Of a DNA stretch of 53,040 bases, positions 1 to 11,045 are shown piece after piece. Made by a program: the position numbers and the translations under genes. Within the stretch, counting starts at the first letter, position 1. Each line of letters opens with the position of its first letter. This DNA is from Parvularia atlantis (taxonomy: Eukaryota), in NCBI GenBank assembly GCA_943704415.1, contig CALSCO010001098.1:1-53040 (forward strand). Direction: 5' to 3'. A model generated the notes under the pieces. It saw only the letters and a list, made by a program, of their open reading frames with translations, searched no databases and was not told the DNA's origin.

Positions 1-174
1 GTCACCGCGTTGGTGGTCGGACGAGACGCGAGCGTAGCAGATCGTCTTCTTGTTGGCGTTGCTTGCCGTGACGGGCGTCTGGTCTTGGATGAGAACACGA
101 ACGTCGTCGAGGTTGTACCGGCGACATTGCCCGACCGTGCGCACACACGACACCCTGCCGAGGCTTGCAAACAT
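1..174 (-). mobile_element. tnpA: IS607-family serine transposase/resolvase (TnpA), N-terminal part, truncated by window edge
   Basis: Manual translation from ATG 174 gives MFASLGRVSCVRTVGQCRRYNLDDVRVLIQDQTPVTASNANKKTICYARVSSDHQRGD. It carries the end of the MerR-type wHTH (G-x-V-x-C-x-RT-x-G-x-x-RRY) and the serine-recombinase motif YARVSS-x-x-Q-x-x-D (catalytic Ser codon 22-24). Absent from the ORF track because it has no stop in the window. Confidence 0.85.
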
Positions 175-302
175 TTTGTGCAAAAGCAAACAAAGCGGAG
201 CCGCTCACTGGAGCAGAGTGCGCAGACGGAAAAGAGAAAATGGAGAGAAGTCACGGTGGGTACTTTGCTTCATAAAGCGCGAAAAGGTCTATACGGTGCA
301 GC

Positions 303-453
303 TTCCTTTCTCTCGATCAGTTGTGCTTGTGCTGCTGGCGGGCTACCTTTGGCCTTCACGGGTCGAGGGTGGACTGCTGTCGGACCGCGCCTGGACGGCC
401 CTGGCTATGTCTCTCGCAAGGCGATCATTCCTTTCTCTCGATCACTAGTGCTT
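303..453. repeat. 26-bp imperfect direct repeat (17-bp perfect core TTCCTTTCTCTCGATCA) at 303-328 and 428-453
   Basis: TTCCTTTCTCTCGATCAGTTGTGCTT versus TTCCTTTCTCTCGATCACTAGTGCTT, 24/26 identical, 125 bp apart, upstream of tnpA. Confidence 0.9.
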
Positions 454-581
454 TTCTCGCTCGCCCTCGCTTCTCGCTCGCTGTTGCTCACCGACTTTTT
501 CAGACCCGACCGGCACTGCCAAAAGGAAGAAAGCAAAGGAAGCATGGGGAGAACGATCTTGCTCGAGTGGGAGTGGGCGGC

Positions 582-3500
582 TCACGAGCCAAAGTTGATC
601 GCGGCGCTGCCGATGACCAGTGCGACGGCCGTGCCGACGGTGGCGAGCGAGCCGATGACGGCTGTGCGTGCGCGTGTGTGAGCAGCGCAGTACGAGGCTG
701 CGGTGCACGCGCGCACCAGTCACGATTGAGCCGATGACGGCCTGCAGCGACTGCAGAATGACGACGTTGACCGCAACCGAGATGAAGAACGACTGGATCC
801 ACGCGATCGTCTGCGCCAGCGAGATCAACACTCATGCCCGTCACCACAGCAGCACGCACCAGGTTATTGGTCGGGTCAATCACGTCTGCCGCCGCGCCGT
901 ACAGGCCCGTGACGACGATCGCGCCGGCCGAGAGCAGGAAGCAGACCGCGTAGAGGATGTACTCGACCCTATTCGGCCGTCTGAGCACGCGGCCCACGAG
1001 CGCGCGCAAGACGCGCACCAGTACGGCAGGAGGAAGTCAGTCAGCGCGCTGCGCGCGAGCAGCCGCTCGGACGAGACGAGGCCGCCCAGCAGCGTCGCCG
1101 CCGCGACCGAGAGCGTCTTGCTGCGACGGCGCTGCTTCTTGTTCTTGTCAGCGGGCGTCTTTGCGGTGTCGTCCGCGGCGTCGCTGCCGTCCTTGAGCGC
1201 GACCTGCTCGGCCTCGGACGCCTCGTCCGCGACCGGCCCGGCCGTCGATGCCGACTGGTCCTTTTTCTTGTCCCCATCGAGCTCTTCCTTATTCATCGCC
1301 TCAAGCTCGACGTCGAGCGCGTCCACGTCCACCGAGGACACCAGGCCCGGGCGGTCGATGTGCTTCATGAGGAACTGGATCAGCGTGAAGGGCATGAACG
1401 TGATAAGCGACGTGAGGAAGCCGACGGCGAGCTTGAGCGCGATGCTGTCCGGGTTGAAAAAGTCGTTGCCGGCCGTGTACTGGAAGAAGACGGCCGAGAC
1501 CGCCAGGTTGACAAAGAGCGAGCTCATCGTGCAGCACACGCGCGCGAACCGCGTGCCCTGCCATGCGTCGCGCTGCGATGAGCGACGGCGCACGCACACA
1601 CGCGCTCCTCCCCGCGCGCACCATGGAGATCGGGTCGAAAAAGATCGAGACGTAGCTGTGGTTGTAGCGGAAGCCGAAGCGCGACGACATGTACATGCGC
1701 TGCCAGATCGTAAGCTTGGTGCCGTTGGGCCACCACCACGTGCCGTACGCGTCCTTCCACACGTCCAGGTGCATCTGGGCGCGCGGTATGAGCAAGCGCC
1801 GATCGCCCCGATCGCCCACGACGCAGTGCGCACCGTCTGCAGCACGCGCGACGTGACCGGCTGCTGGTACAGCTCGTGCGTCTTTTCGACAAACTCGAGC
1901 AGCTCCTTCGATTCGGGCTGCACCGCGCGGGCGAGGTAGCGCGCGTCCATCCACATCGCGTAGATTGACAGCAGGATGAACAAAAATAGCAGGCCGCCGA
2001 TCGTGCACCACCTGCCGCGTCGGGGTGAGCAGCAGCGCGCTCAACGCACGCGCACGCACGCTGCGATCAGGCCGCGCGACTGCAGGTTAATCACGGGCGG
2101 GATGACGATCGGGTTGATGCGGATCACGAGCTGGCCGAGCGCAAACTCGGTCAAGTGCGTGCACACGCACACGAGCTTCGGCCCAGCGCACGCGTCAGCC
2201 AAGCACGCCAAGCAGCACGGCGCGGCGCACCTCGTTGGCCGTTGTCTCGGGCGACTTGGTGCACCCCTCCGAGTTCCAGTCGCCGAGGACCGGGTCCCAG
2301 TACACGCACAGCACTGTCTCGTTGGTGGCGTCGATGCCGGCCGCGGCCGAGTCGAACGGCAGGCGCACGGTGATTGCACCGTCCTCGGACAGGCCCGACA
2401 CGTTGATCGGCGTGCCCGGGTTGCTCGGGTCGAAGAACTCGAGCGTGATCACGGCCGAGGCGATCGTGACGTTGCTCGTGGCGTTCGCGTACGGGTTGAC
2501 GAGGCTCTGGAGGAAGTGCACCGTCGCGCACTCGTCTTCGTTGTTGCCGCCGGGCGAGAACGCCGCGCCCGTGCTGATGCTGCCCAGCGCCGCGTCGATC
2601 GCGAGCACGAGCTCGGCCGCGCTCTGCGGCGCCTGCACCAGCGCCGACAAGCCCGCGCCCGCAAACGTCTGCGCGTCGTCGCCACACGTGAGCGTCTGGG
2701 CGAACGCGTTGAGGCCCGCGCGGATGATCGCCAGCAGCCGCGCCGCCTCGTCCTCCGACAGGCCGTAGTCGGTCAGGTTGGTCGCGGCCGGGTCAAAGTC
2801 GCCCGTGAGCGGCGGCGGGTTGGCCAGCTGCGACAGCAGGAGCGCATCAAAGGTGCTGATGAAATTCTGCGCGTCGGACGGGTCGATGACCTGGCCCGCA
2901 AACTGCTCGAAAAAGTCGGTGATGGCGTCGAACGAGTTCTGCGACAGCTCGCTCGGCGAGTCCGAGCCCTTCTGCAGCACACTCAGCACGCCCGAGAACG
3001 TGTCCGGGTCGAGCGGCTGGTCGCCGGTCGTCTGGTTGCCGGCAAAGTCGATCACCTCGCCGATGATCTCGTTGCGCAGGTCGCCCGTGTCGTTCTCGCC
3101 CTCGCCCGTCAGCTGGTTGAGCGCGTCCAGCAGCGCGCCGGCCGTCGACGTCACCGCGCTGGCGTCGCCCGAGCTCAGAGCCGTCTTGAGCTGCTGCTGC
3201 GCCACGTTCGTGATCTGGTCGCGCGTCACGCGGCCCACGGCCCGCACGACGCTGGTCAGCACGACCGTCGACGTTGCGTTGTACAGCCTGCAAGTGGTTG
3301 CGCGTGCCGCACGTCAGCCCACACGCCGACACGCCACACATGCGCGCAAGGGCACGCACGAGCCGGCCGAGACGAGACCAAAGACGGTGTAGTTGCCGCT
3401 GCTCAGCAGCGGGATGCTCGCCGACGGGGTGGAGCTGGCCGGGCCGAGGTACAGCAGGCCGGGCGAGCTGAGCGTGGCGTTGAGGCCGGACGCGTAGGCG

Positions 3501-6500
3501 AAGCGGTAACGCAGGTCCTCGGTCGGCGAGCTCCAGCCCGTGAGCGACAGCGTGATCGGCGTGGTCGTATTGAGCGGCGTGACCTGCGCACCGGCGTCAG
3601 CACCCACGCGCCAGCAGGCTCAGACGCGCACCAGCTGCGGCGCGGCGGCAAAGGAGCCACCGGTGGGGCGACCGACGACGTAGAGCTTGATCGTGGCCGT
3701 CGTAGACACTTCCAGGAGCGTCTGCGTGGCCTTGACCTTGAAGATGTACGTGGCGCCGGGCGTGAGACGGCTGCTGACGATCGTGATGGAGCGCTGCGCG
3801 AAAACGCACACGTGTGGTAAGAAAGGCAAGACGGCACGCGCGCAACGCGCACCCACCTGGTCGACGGGCGTGAGGAAGTTGGACGGGTCGCTGAAGCTGG
3901 GGCAGGCGTTCGTCGGCGGGCACGACCACTCGTACAGCATGATCGACCGGTTTTGGGCGGGCGTGGTCACAGCCGAGAGCGACAGAGGGACGTCCTGGCC
4001 GATCCAGCCGACATTGTCGTTCGACGAGGCCGCGGCGAGCCCCGGGCTCGTGCGCACGATCTCGACGGTGAAGGGCAGGAAGATCGGCGTGACGGTGGTG
4101 CTGCCGGCAATGTAGTCCTCGTCCTCAGTCGGGAAGTTGGCCGTGTAGAAGACCTTGAAAGTGCGGCCGAGTGTGGCCAGCGGCGCGAGCACCTCGGGCG
4201 GGATGGAGAACATGCACGTCTCGACCGTCGGCAGGTTCTCGCACGGGTCCGGCAGCTGCGACTCGGGCACGTTGGCGATCACCTGGCAGGAGAAGTAGCA
4301 CGAAATCGGGTTGAGCGGGCCCTGCGGCGTCAGGAGACGGCTCGAGCTGATGTCGATCGTGAATGGCGACGTGGCGGGCGCGTTAACGTCGGCCTGCGGC
4401 GGATCGACCAAGAGCACAGGTTCCGGCTGCGTCACGTAGATCGTCACAGTGCGTGCGTCCACCAGGAAGTTGTTGGGCGAGTAGACCGAGATGCTGATGG
4501 CGACGCCGGCCTGGTTGACGGGGCTTACGCGCGGCTTGCTCGACTCGTAGAAGGTGAACGGCGGGAGGCCAATCGAGTTGATCAGGAAAACGTTGCCGGA
4601 CGCGGCAAGGCCCGATTCTGGGCGCGGGGGGCGGCTGAAGTCGACGACGTACTTGAGGCTGCCGGAGCACCCGCTAGGCACGCGCACGCCAAAGTCGATG
4701 TTGATGGCTTCGGTGGATTCGTACGTCATGCCATCCTGGGGCGACCACAGGATCGCCGGCAGCTGGTGCCCGTTGCAGACCATGCACGACTGCCCGTTGC
4801 CGCCGCACACGCCGCACTCATCGTAAAGCATCGGCGTCTGGCTCCACACGCCATCACAGCCGAGGCAGTTGCCGTCAGCAGCTGTACGCACGAGCGTGTC
4901 AGGGTCGCACAAGGGCGCCGCTCAGGGCACACGCACAGGAGCAGATCGACAGCGCCGGCGCGGCCTCGGCAAGCGTCTCGGCGACCTCCTCCGGCGAGGG
5001 CAAAATCACGGTGCCGCGCAGCTTGACCGTGCCGCGGTTGGGCGCTGCAGTCACGTCCGAGCCGGTGCCTGTGCGCGGTCGCGGTCAGCCGCCCCAGCCG
5101 CGAGCCGCGTGCACGATCCAGAAAACGCACCGCCTGCGTTCACCTTCCCCAGCATGAACAGGTCGCCGGCAGCGCGCAGGAGCACGCCGCCGCCCGAGCC
5201 GCTGCCGTGCAGGTGCACAAGATCGGGAGTGCCTTCGTACATGCCGTCGCCGCTCGTGTCGATCAGGGTGTCGTTGCTGATGTAGATGTTGAGCGCATCG
5301 ATCGCCACCGAGCCGCCGCCCGCCGCGCCGCCCGAGCCGCCGATGCCGGTGTAGCACGTGCCGTAGCTGAACTGGGACGCGACGCCGCTGACGCCGCCGG
5401 CGCCGCCGCTGCCCGCCGAGCAGCAGCCCGAGGTGGCGAACAAGAACGAGTAGCAGTTCGGGCCGAGGCACTCACCGCCGGCGCGCGCGCCACTGCCGCC
5501 GCCACCGCCGCTGCCGAGATAAACGTTGTCGTTCGTGTGCATCGTCGCCGCCTCGCCGTTGCGGCCGCGCGCGAGGTAACCACCGGGCCGGCCGGGCAGA
5601 CCATTTGCCTCGGGCGAGCCGTCGATGCTGCAGCGGAAATTCTGGACGGGCTGGGGGCCGCCGCGGCCGCCAAAAGGCCCCGCGCCCGAGCCGCCAACGA
5701 GGAACGCACGCGCGGGCTCGCCCCCGCCGACCGAAAAGCCGCCAGTGAGGCCGCTGAGGCCGCCCGCGTTGCCGCCGGCCATGCTGATGCCACAGTTGTA
5801 GTTGTACCCCCCCTTCGCACGGCGTTGGTTGTAGTAGTCGCTCGGAGGACTGCCAAGGTAACTGTTGGTGCTCTCCGAGCCGCCGGCGACGGGCGGGAAG
5901 TTGCACTGCGTATAGCTCTCGCCGCTGCCACCGCCGCCACCGCCGTAGCCCTTGAGGCTGAAATCGAACACGACCTGGTTCTCGATGATCACGTTGGCGT
6001 AGGGCAGGTTGAGCACGAGGACGCCACGCAAGCCCTCGATGCCGAACGCTTCGGTGACGATGACGAGGGGGCCGCGGATGTTCACAGTCGTGAGCGACAG
6101 GCTCGTCAGGTTGTTGAAGTTGAAGTAGACAAAGTTCTTGCCCTCGTCCGTGTAGAAAAAGATCGTGTCGGAGCACGGAGAGGTCTCGCCGTCGAGGTAG
6201 CACGCGTTTGAGGTGATAGTCAGGTTGCTGTACTCGGTGACGACCCAGTCGGGCCCGCCGAGCTCAAACACGGGCGTGGGCGGGGCGCAATTGTCCGGGT
6301 TCTTCTCGCGGCCGTCACACACGCCGCACGCGTCAAGCTCGAGGCCCGAGCCGGGCACACCGTCACAGCCGACGCAGCTCTGGCCGTCGCCGCCGCACAC
6401 GCCGCAGACGTCGTAGCGCAGGCCGTTGACGAGGCCGTCGCAGCCAAAGAAGCACGACGTGCCGTTGCCGCCGCACACGCCGCAGATGTCCACCTGCGCC

Positions 6501-8748
6501 GTCGAGTTGACGAGGCCGTCGCAGGCGACCTCGGTGTCGCACGCGTCCGCCACGCAGATCGACTTTTGGCCGGCGACGATGCCTTGGTAGAACTCGTAGA
6601 ACGCTGTGCCGTTAATGGGCGGGTTGGTGAAGCGCAGCTTGACCGAGCCGCCGTTGCTGGCCACGCCCGAGTAAGTGGCGCCGCCGAGTGAGCGGATCAT
6701 GGCTGTTGAGTCGGCGTCGTAGAACGTGGCGCGGATGAGGATGCCGCCACCCGCGCCGTAGCCGGTCTCGTCGTCGTAGATGTAGCCGGTGCCGTTAGCC
6801 GAGATGACCGCGTTCGTGTCGAGCGTAACCTGAGTCGCGTCAATGATGACCACACCACCGCCCGACGCGCCGCCCGTGCCGCCGAGGCCCGTGCCGCAGT
6901 CGGGCAGGAATGCCTGGTAATTGTCGGAGCCACCCTTGCCACCGTAGCCGCCGGGGCAGAGACCGTCGCAGGTGACCGAGTGGTGCGCACCGGCGCCGCC
7001 GCCGCCGCCGCTGCCGAGGAAGACGTCGTCCGTCTCGACGAGCGAAAAGATGTCCTCGCCGTTGACCTTGGGCGCGAGGTAGCCTCCGGGCTGGCCGTTG
7101 CCGCCGTAGTCCTCGCCGGTGTAGAGCACGGTCGAGGAGAGGTCGAGGCCGCAAAGGCCGTTGCGCGGCGGCTTAGAGCCGCCCTGGCCACCGAAGAAGC
7201 CGCCGCCGTTGCCGCCAAAGCCGCTGACGACCGAGATGGAGCTGTCGCCGCCCGTGAAGCCGCCGTAGCCACCTGGCCATGGCGCGGGGGTACATGTGAG
7301 CGTTGCACGGTGCCAAACGCTCAGCGTGCGCACCGGCCTTGCCGCCATCGACGCCGCAGTAGACCGTCGCATTGGAGTCGGCGCCCTCGTCCACGTACGC
7401 GTACGTGTCAAACTCGCCGAAGGTGTAAGTTGAGCCCGTGCCGCCGCCGGGGCGGTAGTAGTCTGCGTCGCAGAGTGGGTGCCTGGTGGTGGGGGGGCGC
7501 CCGCGCACGTGTCAGCACCCGTGCGACCAGGCGCGCGCCAAGGGCACGCACGTCTCGCCTGCGCCGCCGCCGCCGCCGCCAAAGCCGAGGCCGTCGACGA
7601 CAATCTGCGCATTCGTGTACAGGCGGAGCTCATTCGAGACGATGAGGTTGATGATGCCCGTGCCCTGCGAGAAGTCCGAGTAGTTGTTCTGCGCCGAGCA
7701 GCGTGAGACGGGGCGTGTGCGAGTTGGAGGGCGGCGCACCGGCGAGCTGGCCGTGAAGGGGCGCGTGCTGAGGATCACGTCCGGATAGAGATGCAGGCTG
7801 CCCTGGACGATGAGCGTGGTCACCTTGAGGCGGAAGTAGTAGTACTGCACGCGCGGGGCGGGGCCGTGCTCAGCGGTGCGCGCGGGTGGGTCGAGCGCGC
7901 ACGCACGCCCGAGTAGAGCTCCAGAAACTCGTCGCAGCTCTCTAGGCCTTCGCCGTAGCAGTAGCCAGCGCTGATGATGACGTCGCCGGGGGTCGTGAAC
8001 GACGAGAGCTGGCCGGTGATGCTCTGGGCGGACACGGGCGCGCCCGGCTGAAAGACGATCGGGGCGGGCGGGCGCAGGTCGACGCAGGCGTTCTGGATAA
8101 ATCCACCGGCGCACTCGATGGAGCTCGGGACCGATTGCACGGTGCAGTTAACGGAGCACGCCGTGTCGTCGCAGTTGGAGATGCGCACGTTCAGGCCCTC
8201 GGCGCACTCGTACTGCGCCCGCCGTCAGCAGCCGGCGCACGTGACACGCGTGTGCGACCGCGCCGCACCCGCGCGCTCTTGCCGTTATTGGTGAGGCACT
8301 GGCCCGACGTGATAAACTGGCCGAGCGAGAGCGCCGTGCACGACTCGTCCGTGAACGTGAGCTGCGTCGCGACGTAGAGCGCCGGCGGCAGCGTGTCCTT
8401 GAGCTGCGTGTTGACGCACGAGTACTGGTCCGTCTGGTACCCGCCGCCGGTGATGTTGGCTGAGGAGCAGCTGGGGGTGCACTCTGCGCGGCACGTCGCG
8501 CGTCACGTCCCGCGTCACGTCCCGCAGCCGCAGAAGCAGCGGCAGTGCGCACCGTCCGAGGCCTTGCCGGTCAGCTCGAGGCGCACGGGCGTGGCCGGGT
8601 CATCGCAGGGCGCGTTCTGGCGGATCGTGTCGAGCTGGAAGAGGAACGAGACCGCCGGCCCCGGGTTGCCGGTGTACGCGACGCCCTGCGCGCCGCACAG
8701 GCCCGCCGCGGCGAGGCCGAGCGCGGCCAGCAGCAGCAGGCGACGCAT
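582..8748 (-). CDS. Polycystin-1-like GPS/GAIN membrane receptor (multi-exon): signal peptide, two Gly-rich modules, CGVCGG Cys repeats, REJ-like region, GPS, about 6 TM helices
   Basis: Signal peptide MRRLLLLAALGLAAAGLCGA. GPS motif CVYWDPVLGDWNSEGC...VCVCTHLTEFALG. PC1-like segments HSYVSIFF...TRFARVCC and LLPYWVEYILY...LYG...WIQSFF. The introns checked are GT-AG and restore the frame to the stop at 582-584. Confidence 0.8.
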
Positions 8749-8842
8749 CTTCTGCGCACTCGTGAGAACGAGATCCCGGGAAAACGTGGCTATTTCGGGA
8801 ACGCGGCAGCGCGAGCAACGAGCGAAGGCGTGCTTACGTGGA

Positions 8843-8893
8843 CAGCAGCAGCACCAGCACCAGCACCAGTACTAGCAGCAGCAGCAGCAGCAG
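8843..8893. repeat. (CAG)n/(CACCAG)n microsatellite in divergent intergenic region
   Basis: Directly visible in sequence. Confidence 0.85.
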
Positions 8894-9470
8894 AGCACGA
8901 GAATAGCACGGTTGCGCAGAATGCACGCAAAGGGGCAGATCGAGAACGTGCAGGGCGCGCGGTGATTGGCTGGGCTGAGCAATTTCGCAGCACTGCCACG
9001 CTTTTTGCAGCGTGGCGGGCGGGCGTCACGTGCCTGCGCGAGCCGCCGGGCTCTGGCGTTGCATCGGCCATGCTCACTGGCCCCTCGTGCTGCCAAGGGG
9101 GCGTCAAGTGGCGTCGCGGCCGTGTGCTCCGCTGGTCGCGTCCCTCAAGCCCCGCTGCTGCTCCTCGTCGAGTCGTCCTGGCCAAGCGCCTGCGCTGTGT
9201 CTGCCTTGTGGCTGTGACCGCAGTCGGGACCGCGCCCTGTCGTGCTGTGTGTATCGCGCACGTGCATCGCTGTGGTGCCTGTGCCGCGAGCGGGGGCGAT
9301 GAGGGCGCACGCGAGCGCCGCGTGGCCGATTGGGAGGAAAGCGGGCACTTCGTCGCGACACTGAGTCGCGACGTTCCACCGTTCAACTTTTATCTGCCGT
9401 GCACGCGCTCGCTCCCCCTCCGCATGCACTGTGGCTGACGCTCCCTTCGCAGAGTCGTCTCCACAGGACG

Positions 9471-9971
9471 ATGGCCAAGCGCACGGGCAACGAGTTCAAG
9501 ACGTTTGGCGAGTTCTTCCCGTACTACCTCCAGTGCGCCGCGTTGCTCGTCACTCGTGTTGTGGTCGTGCGACGCTGAGAGGGCGCGGCGCGCGGCGCAG
9601 GGAGCACAGCAACCTGACCAACCGCCGCCTGCACGTCTTCGGCACAACCCTCGCCCTCGTCGTGTTCACGTGGGCGCTCGTCACGCGCCAGTACCACCTC
9701 TTCGGCGTCGCGCCCGTCTGCGGCTACGGCTTCGCCTGGTTTGGCCACTTTTTCTTCGAGGTGCACGAGCGCGCGCGAGCGTTGCGTCCGCCGGCCCGCT
9801 CACGCGCACTGCAGAAAAACAAGCCGGCCACGTTCACCTACCCGCTGTACTCGCTCCTCGGCGACTTCCGCATGGTGCGCGGTGCGGTGGCCGCGCGCAG
9901 GCTGCCGCTGAATGTGAGCGTGTGCTGGTGCGCAGCTGTACGGCGTCGTGCGTGGCGAGATCGAGATCTGA
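9471..9971 (+). CDS. DUF962/Mpo1-like small membrane protein (4 coding exons)
   Basis: Spliced product MAKRTGNEFKTFGEFFPYYLQEHSNLTNRRLHVFGT...GYGFAWFGHFFFEKNKPATFTYPLYSLLGDFRMLYGVVRGEIEI has the DUF962 hallmark motifs. Three GT-AG introns. Confidence 0.9.
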
Positions 9972-10020
9972 GCGCCCCGTGGGTGTGGTGTCGAGCGCGC
10001 GCTGTGTGTTTGCTCTCCAG

Positions 10021-10851
10021 TTACAAGTACGCATCCTCGTCCTCGTACGACAGCAGCCCGCCGCGGTCCTTCGTGCGCGGCCGGTACGGGTTGTACGCCG
10101 ACGAGAGCAGCCCGTCCTGGTCGCCGCCGTCGTCGCCGCCCCAGATGCGCCACCCGCCGAAGCTGACGTAGCTCCCGGTCCGGCGCCGCATGTACACGTA
10201 GACCACGCCCACGACCAGGCCGACAAACACGATGACGCTGCCCGCGACGATGCCGATGAGCGCGCCGGTCGAGATGAGCGAGCTGGTCACGGGCACGCTC
10301 GTCGGCGTCGACGTTGGCGTTGGCTTTGCCGTCGCCGTTGCCGTGTGCGTGTGGGTCGCCGTGTCGGTCGCCGTGGCCGTGCTGCTGTCGGTCGCCGTCT
10401 CGGGCGCGGGCGCGGTTGCCGTCGCGATGGGTGCGGTCGTCGTCTCGGGCATGGGCGCGGACGCGGTCTCGGGCGCGGGCACGGTCGCCGTGTGCGTCTC
10501 GGTGCGCGTCTCGGTGTGCGTCTCGGTCTCTGTGCTCGTCAAGGGCTCGGCGCTTGTCGCCATCTCAGCACTTGTCACGGGCACGGGCTCGGCAGTCGTG
10601 TACAGGTCAGCCAGCGTGGTGTAGTCGGCCAGCGTGGTGTAGTCGGCCAGCGTGGTGTAGTCGGCCAGCGTGGTCGCGGTGAAGTCGGCCAGCGAGGTGA
10701 CGAGCACGGCGTAGCTCGTGATCGGGTCCACAAACGACGTCGTCGTCTCGGCCTCGCTCGTCATGCCGTCCTGCGCCGCCGTGTCCCGCCCGCCGAGCGC
10801 GACGGCGAACGCGACCACGCCCACGGTCACTAGCACGCGGTGAAGCCCCAT
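10021..10851 (-). CDS. Mucin-like Thr/Ala/Pro-rich single-pass type I membrane protein
   Basis: 276-aa uninterrupted ORF with signal peptide, Thr-rich stalk, TM helix ALIGIVAGSVIVFVGLVVGVVYVYM followed by RRR, and a short Tyr-containing tail. Confidence 0.8.
   Translation of the reverse strand: MGLHRVLVTVGVVAFAVALGGRDTAAQDGMTSEAETTTSFVDPITSYAVLVTSLADFTATTLADYTTLADYTTLADYTTLADLYTTAEPVPVTSAEMATSAEPLTSTETETHTETRTETHTATVPAPETASAPMPETTTAPIATATAPAPETATDSSTATATDTATHTHTATATAKPTPTSTPTSVPVTSSLISTGALIGIVAGSVIVFVGLVVGVVYVYMRRRTGSYVSFGGWRIWGGDDGGDQDGLLSSAYNPYRPRTKDRGGLLSYEDEDAYL
10608..10694. repeat. 18-bp coding tandem repeat (TTLADY units)
   Basis: GCCAGCGTGGTGTAGTCG repeated three times exactly, with degenerate flanking copies. 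Confidence 0.9.
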
Positions 10852-11045
10852 CTGCGCCGCATCAACTCATCGGCGCGTCCGCACGTCCGCCGCCTCTGCT
10901 TGTGCATGAGCCCGCACCCGCGCCACATCGCGCGCAGCGTTCCCCCCTTGCACACGCAGCGCGCAGCACGCAGCGCGCGCGTCACGGCCAGCGCATGCCT
11001 CGCACGTGGCGCCGCCTGATCAAACACAATCAGACCCTTGCCGTC

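Noticed and set aside
10..681. 223-aa plus-strand ORF at the window start
   Set aside because: It is the antisense shadow of the tnpA frame and the 3' end of the receptor gene; no recognisable motifs.
8749..9470. Acceptor-like sites just upstream of ATGs as evidence of spliced-leader trans-splicing
   Set aside because: Matching cis donors exist (GTAAGC near 8837 on the minus strand; GTGCAC at 9399), so ordinary 5'-UTR introns explain them.
10608..10694. Regular short repeats resembling a CRISPR array
   Set aside because: There are no unique spacers; it is an 18-bp coding tandem repeat in a mucin-like stalk, and no cas genes are present.
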